A DNA stretch of 63,166 bases, the filler included. It is 5 parts of 5 records of this genome, joined end to end, with 100 filler letters (N's around TTAATTAATTAA, not from the genome) between each part and the next. Parts side by side here need not be neighbours in the genome. Positions count along the whole stretch, not along the records: positions 58,061 to 63,166 come from DRR723986_9118; 4 more parts are not named here. One strand, 5' to 3'. The translations under genes were made by a program, and so were the position numbers. This document shows, in pieces, positions 58,061-63,166 of this stretch. The notes below the pieces were generated by a model that was not told the DNA's origin, ran no database searches, and was given only the letters and a program-made list of their open reading frames with translations. The stretch's first letter is position 1. The number at the start of each line of letters is the position of its first letter.

Positions 58061-59665
58061 ATAGGCGATGTTGTTGCGTTCGGCCCAGTTGCCCACCGCC
58101 GAAAGGTCGATGTTCAGGAAGGCACAGCAGCGGTCGCGGCCCGCGCCAAAGACCACGGCCTCGAGGATGTTGGGGTAGAACTTCAGCTTGTTCTCGACGT
58201 ATTTCGGCGCGAACAGCGCACCATCCGCCATCTTGCCCACGTCCTTGGCGCGGTCGATGATTCGCAGGTGGCCAGAGTCTTCCTCGATGAAGCCCGCGTC
58301 GCCTGTTGCCACCCAGCCCTCCGGATCCTTGGTGTCCGCCGTGCTCTCGGGGTTCTTGTAGTATTCCACGAAGGTTCCGGGCGAGCGGTAGAAGACCTCT
58401 CCGCTGTCGCCGATGCGGATCTCGACCCCCGGCGCGGGCACGCCCACGGTGTCCGAGCGCACCTCGCCGTCCGGCTGCACGGTGATGAAGACACTGGCCT
58501 CGGTCTGCCCGTAAAGCTGCTTCAGATTGATCCCAAGCGAGCGGTAGAAATCGAAGATCTCCGGCCCGATGGCCTCTCCGGCGGTATAGCCCACGCGCAC
58601 CCGGCTGAAGCCCATGGCGTTCTTGAGCGGCCCGTAGACGAGGAACTCACCCAGCCGGTACTTCAGCCGATCCATGGCGCCGACCGGCTTGCCGTCGAGG
58701 ATACGCGGCCCGACCTTGCGGGCGTGGGCCATGAAGTGCTTGAACATCCGCTGCTTCAGCGGCGACGCATCCTCCATCCGGATCATGATTTGCGTCAGTT
58801 GCGTCTCGAAGATCCGGGGCGGGGCAAAGTAATAGGACGGCGCGATCTCGCGCAGGTCGGTCATCAGCGTGTCGGCGCTTTCGGGGCAGTTGACGCAGAA
58901 GCCCTTCCAGTAGGCCTGCCCGATGGAAAAGATGAAGTCCCCGACCCATGCCATGGGCAGATAGGCCAGCACCTCGTCGGTGCGCTTGAGGTGGTCGAAC
59001 TCGGCAGAGGACTTGGCGGCCTCGACGATGTTGCGGTTGGACAGCACGACGCCCTTGGGCTTGCCCGTGGTGCCCGAGGTATAAAGCATCACGCAGGTGT
59101 CGTCGTAGCCCAGTCCGCCACGGCGCCGGTCCAGTTCGGCCAGCATCGCATCGCGGGCGGCGCGGCCCTGCGCCTGAACGCTGTCGAAGGGGTGCAGGTG
59201 GCTGTGGTCGTATTTCCGCAGGCCGCGCGGATCGACGTAGATCATGTGCTCGAACTGGTGCAGGTCGTCCTGAATCTCGATGACCTTGTCGACCTGCTCT
59301 TGGTCGGCGGCGATGACGAAGCGCGCGCCGCAATGGTCGAGGACGTATTCCATCTCTTCGGCCACCGCGTCCTGATAGAGCGGCACGGGCACGGCCCCGA
59401 CCATCTGCGCCGCGACCATGGACCAGTAGAGATAGGGACGGTTGCGCCCGATGATGGCGATGAAGTCGCCCTCGTTCACGCCGAGGGTCAGCAGGCCGAG
59501 GGCCAGCGCCTCGATCTCCTCCGAGGTCTCGGCCCAGGTCCAGCTTTGCCAGATCCCGTATTCCTTCTCGCGGTACGCGGGCGCATCGCCGAACTCGGCG
59601 ACGTTGCGCTTCAGCAAATCCGGGATGGAGCGCAGCCCCGCCACGCCCTCGACCATGTGAGCCAA
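58061..59665 (-). CDS. Long-chain acyl-CoA synthetase (AMP-binding), truncated at the 3' end
   Basis: YTSGTTGKPKGV, YGQTE, ATGDAG, IIDRAKD. GGGAGG RBS precedes TTG at 59665 (ATG 59656 is an alternative). Confidence 0.93.
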
Positions 59666-60137
59666 TCCGTATCCTCCCTGCGCCGGTCCTTCCGGCCTCC
59701 GCCGAACCCGTTGACCGGGCCCTTCTCCATGGCGGACGATTCTGCACCCACTGTGGGGTTTGCTCAGGCTCACGGTCAACTTTTTCCTGATGTTTTCCCA
59801 ATTCTTACGAATTGTAACAGGCTGCCGCCCGCCTGGTCCTGCGATGGCCCGCCAGCAAGACGGTCCACGCCCGGAAAAGTCCGAAGGCCGCGACTTTCCG
59901 AGCGGCCAGATTTCCGACCCGATTTCGCCCGGCCCGGGCCGGGCGACCGGCCGGGGGCCCTGCCCCTGGACCCCCGAGGTATTTCAAGGACCAAAGAAGG
60001 GACGGCGACCGTGCCCGGGGCGGACCACCATCACGGGGACGGCCGGGCCAGGTGGGGCGATATTGCCTTGGCACCAAGCGACGCCCGCCCCCGGCAAGCC
60101 TCTGGCGCGGCTGGTTCGGCGGCGATAGCCTGCGCCC

Positions 60138-62036
60138 ATGTCCTCGCGCGCATCCCTCACCCAGGCCGGGCTCAACCTGATCCAGCAGGCGCTGACGATC
60201 TACGACAGCGACCTGAACCTTGCGGTCTGCAACGCCCGCTTTGCCGAGATGTTCGACCTGCCCGCCCGGCTCACGACCCCCGGCGCGACCTTCGAAGAGA
60301 CCATCCGCCATCTCGCCACGCGGGGCGAATACGGACCCGTGGACGACATAGACGGCTTCGTCCGCGACCGGGTCATCATCGCGCGCGCCTTCGAGCCGCA
60401 TTACATGGAACGGACTCGCGCCAACGGCCGGACGATCAGCGTCGAAGGCGCGCCGCTGCCGCAGGGCGGCTGGGTCACGGTCTATACAGACATCACGCAG
60501 GTGAAGGCGCAGGAACAGCTCTTGCGAACCCGGTCGGAGTTGCTCTCCGAAGAGGTCCTCAGCCGCTCCGAGGAACTGGCCGCCACCAACCGCCGCCTTG
60601 CCGCGGCCAATGCCGCGCTGGAAGAGGCCCGGCGCGAGTTGACCGAGATCGAGGCCCGCACGCGCACCACCGCCGAGATGACGCCCGCCCATATCGCCCG
60701 CGTCGGCGCCGACCGCCGCTATACCTTTTCCAACAACCGCCTGCCCGACATGATGCCGGGGCGGCCCTCGTCCATCATCGGCCTTCATATCGCCGACACG
60801 CTGGGCGCGCAGGCCTACGAGCGTGTGCGCCCGCATCTGGATGCGGCGCTGCAGGGGCGTGCCAGCACCTTCGAGTTCACCGACGAGATGTCCTCGCGCC
60901 GGATCCGCGCCAGCTTCACCCCCGACCCGCTGGAGCCGGGGGCCTATATCCTCAGTCAGGACGTCACCGAGGAAACCCAGACCCGCGCCGCCCTGCAACA
61001 GACCCGGCGGCGCGAGATGGCGGCGCAGTTGACCTCGGGCATGGCGCATGACTTCTCCAACCTGCTGACGATCATCCTCGGGATGCAGTCGAAACTTTCG
61101 CGGTTGACCCGCGATCCCGAGGCGCAGCGGCTGGTCTCTGCGACGCTTCAGGCGGCGCGGCGGGGCGGTGACCTGCTGGGCCGGATCGCCGACATCACCG
61201 ACCAGCGCCGCTGGCAGCCGCGCCCGCTGCGGCTGGGGGCGCTGCTGTCGGACCTGCACACGCTGGCCAGCCCGATCCTGCCCGAGGGCATCGCGCTGGA
61301 CATCCGCGACGAGACCACCGGGCCGCTGCTGCTGGACGCCGGACAGGTGCAGGACGCGCTCTTGAACCTCGTGCTGAACGCCCGCGACGCGGTGGCGCCC
61401 GCAGGCACCATCCGCATCGTTGCGCGCGAGGTGCAGGACACATGGTTGGAGATCGCGGTTTCCGACGACGGGCCCGGCTTTTCACCCCGCGCGCTGACAG
61501 AGGGGCTGGCCCCCTTCTTCACCACGAAGGGCGAGGCGGGCACGGGCCTTGGCCTTGCCATGGTCTACGACATGACCAAGCTGGCGGGCGGGTCCGTCCG
61601 GCTGGCCAACCCCGGGACCGGCGCACGCGTCACGCTGCGCCTGCCGCTGCGGCGCGGCGGCCCCCTGCCCGAGGCCAGCCTCGTCCTGCTGGTCGAGGAC
61701 AGCCCCGACCTGCGCGAACCGATCCGCGAGATGCTGACCGGCATGGGGCACGCGGTGGTCGAAGCGGCCTCTGTCGCAGAGGCGCGCGCGCTGGCAGAGG
61801 GGCTGCCCGACGTGGCGCTGGTGCTCTCGGACCTTTCGCTGGAAGGCGAGGCGCCGGGCACCGACCTCGCGCAGGCCCTGCCCGGGCTGCCCCTCGTGCT
61901 GATGACCGCGCTGCCCGCCGACCACCCGCTGCATCTGCGCGCCACGGCGCTGGCGCCGGTGCTGGCAAAGCCCTTCGGGCCAGAAGCCCTTGCCCGCGCA
62001 TTGGCCCATGCCGCGCAGGGGGCGCAGGCGCCGTGA
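60138..62036 (+). CDS. Cytoplasmic PAS-domain hybrid sensor histidine kinase
   Basis: PAS-7-like N-terminus; AHDFSNLL (H box), NLVLNARDA, DDGPG, FFTTK, GTGLGL; C-terminal receiver; no TM segments. Confidence 0.93.
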   Translation: MSSRASLTQAGLNLIQQALTIYDSDLNLAVCNARFAEMFDLPARLTTPGATFEETIRHLATRGEYGPVDDIDGFVRDRVIIARAFEPHYMERTRANGRTISVEGAPLPQGGWVTVYTDITQVKAQEQLLRTRSELLSEEVLSRSEELAATNRRLAAANAALEEARRELTEIEARTRTTAEMTPAHIARVGADRRYTFSNNRLPDMMPGRPSSIIGLHIADTLGAQAYERVRPHLDAALQGRASTFEFTDEMSSRRIRASFTPDPLEPGAYILSQDVTEETQTRAALQQTRRREMAAQLTSGMAHDFSNLLTIILGMQSKLSRLTRDPEAQRLVSATLQAARRGGDLLGRIADITDQRRWQPRPLRLGALLSDLHTLASPILPEGIALDIRDETTGPLLLDAGQVQDALLNLVLNARDAVAPAGTIRIVAREVQDTWLEIAVSDDGPGFSPRALTEGLAPFFTTKGEAGTGLGLAMVYDMTKLAGGSVRLANPGTGARVTLRLPLRRGGPLPEASLVLLVEDSPDLREPIREMLTGMGHAVVEAASVAEARALAEGLPDVALVLSDLSLEGEAPGTDLAQALPGLPLVLMTALPADHPLHLRATALAPVLAKPFGPEALARALAHAAQGAQAP

Positions 62037-62115
62037 CGCCGCGTCCCCGCCATCCCTGCAGCACCGGCACGCCTTCGCGGTTTCCCCGGACCCGCGCGCG
62101 CAGTATCCAGTCCCC

Positions 62116-62811
62116 ATGACAGCCCTGATCTCCATCCTCGACGACGAACCCGCGATCCGGGCGCTTCTGTCCGAAACGCTGACGGAGGCGGGCTTTCGCT
62201 GTCAGGCCTTCGCGCGGGCAACGGAGTTCGAGGCCTCGCTGCGCCGGACCACCCCGGATGTCTGCCTCGTCGATCTCGGCCTGCCGGACCGCGACGGGCT
62301 GTCGGTCGTGCATCGGCTTGCGCTGGAACAGGGGGCGACGATCATCATCATCTCGGGGCGCGCGCAGGTGCAGGACCGGGTCACGGGTCTGGAACTGGGC
62401 GCCGACGACTACATCATCAAACCCTTCGACCCCGCCGAGGTGGTGGCCCGCATCCGCGCCCGGCTGCGCGGCCCGCGCCGCTCCGCCACCGGCGACACCG
62501 CCCGGTTCGAGGGCCGGACCGCGCATTTCGACCGTTACGCGCTGGTGGATTCGCAGGGCGAGGAGACGCCCTTTTCCCATGCCGAGGGCGAGGTCCTGCG
62601 GTTGTTCCTCGAAAGCCCCAAGCGGCTGATCACCCGCGCGCAGATGCAGGAAAGCCTAGGCGGCGCGGCGGGCGAGAGCTTCGACCGGGCGATGGACGTG
62701 CGGATTTCGCGCCTGCGCACGAAGCTGCGCGAGGACCCGCGCAACCCGCGCCTGATCAAGACGATCTACGGTGCGGGCTACATCTTTCTGGGCGAGGTGG
62801 TCTGGGAATAG
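62116..62811 (+). CDS. OmpR-family response regulator
   Basis: LDDE, VDLGLPD, GADDYIIKPF; DRAMDVRISRLRTKL, IKTIYGAGY. Confidence 0.95.
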   Translation: MTALISILDDEPAIRALLSETLTEAGFRCQAFARATEFEASLRRTTPDVCLVDLGLPDRDGLSVVHRLALEQGATIIIISGRAQVQDRVTGLELGADDYIIKPFDPAEVVARIRARLRGPRRSATGDTARFEGRTAHFDRYALVDSQGEETPFSHAEGEVLRLFLESPKRLITRAQMQESLGGAAGESFDRAMDVRISRLRTKLREDPRNPRLIKTIYGAGYIFLGEVVWE

Positions 62812-63084
62812 CCGCGCGGATCGGAGCGCAGGATCGCGCGCCGACATGCATCACGGTGACGGGCGCGTGGGCTTGGAACCCGGCGGGCCAAGACCACGCG
62901 CGGGCGGGACTGCGGGCGCGTCCTGACCGCCTCCGGGTGCGCGCGGCAGAGGTTGGCCATCCCGGCCTGCTCCTGCCTGCCTTGTGCCTGCGGGACGGCA
63001 GACGCGCCGCCACCCGAGGGATCGCGCAACAGGGGCCGAGCCCACGCGGGGACATGCCCCCCGGTTCCCGAGCAGCCGCCCCTG

Positions 63085-63165
63085 TCAGGGTTGGAGCGTC
63101 GTACAAACCTCGGCCAATCCCAGCAGCGCCTTGATCTGCGGCAGGATCGCCACCGCGACGACGCC
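63085..63165 (-). CDS. 3' end of an unidentified gene running in from the window edge
   Basis: Minus strand reads GVVAVAILPQIKALLGLAEVCTTLQP-stop with GC-rich codon usage; too short to assign. Confidence 0.4.
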   Translation of the reverse strand, partial: GVVAVAILPQIKALLGLAEVCTTLQP

Positions 63166-63166
63166 C

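Overview
The window is not one genome. It is five unrelated contigs joined by 100-nt N/TTAATTAATTAA spacers at 21183-21282, 43327-43426, 50175-50274 and 57961-58060. (1) 1-21182 is a GC-rich alphaproteobacterium, most likely Labrenzia/Roseibium. It carries rplY-pth, a papain-like peptidase/OmpA pair, ychF, transport and metabolic genes, and bluB-apt-mtnP. The standout is a 340-aa SAM methyltransferase at 16537-17559 that I recognise as DsyB, the MTHB S-methyltransferase of bacterial DMSP biosynthesis. It has a sigma70-like promoter and a palindrome-rich 5' leader. (2) 21283-43326 is an AT-rich Bacteroidota (Algoriphagus/Cyclobacteriaceae-like) housekeeping region: 2-oxoacid dehydrogenase E1, rimO, a RelBE-like TA pair, LytS/LytTR, M16/M61/S41 peptidases, rpmH-rnpA and tsaB. 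(3) 43427-50174 is a very GC-rich Rhodobacteraceae-like catabolic cluster: ABC ATPase, M24 hydrolase, SDR, CoA ligase, quinone oxidoreductase, thioesterase and acyl-CoA dehydrogenase. (4) 50275-57960 is a mid-GC FCB-group (Kapabacteria-like) contig with two T9SS-tail proteins, one a ~1700-aa LamG/Ig-repeat protein. (5) 58061-63166 is a Rhodobacteraceae-like acyl-CoA ligase divergent from a PAS hybrid kinase/OmpR pair. Taxonomy and family calls come from motif recognition only; no searches were run.
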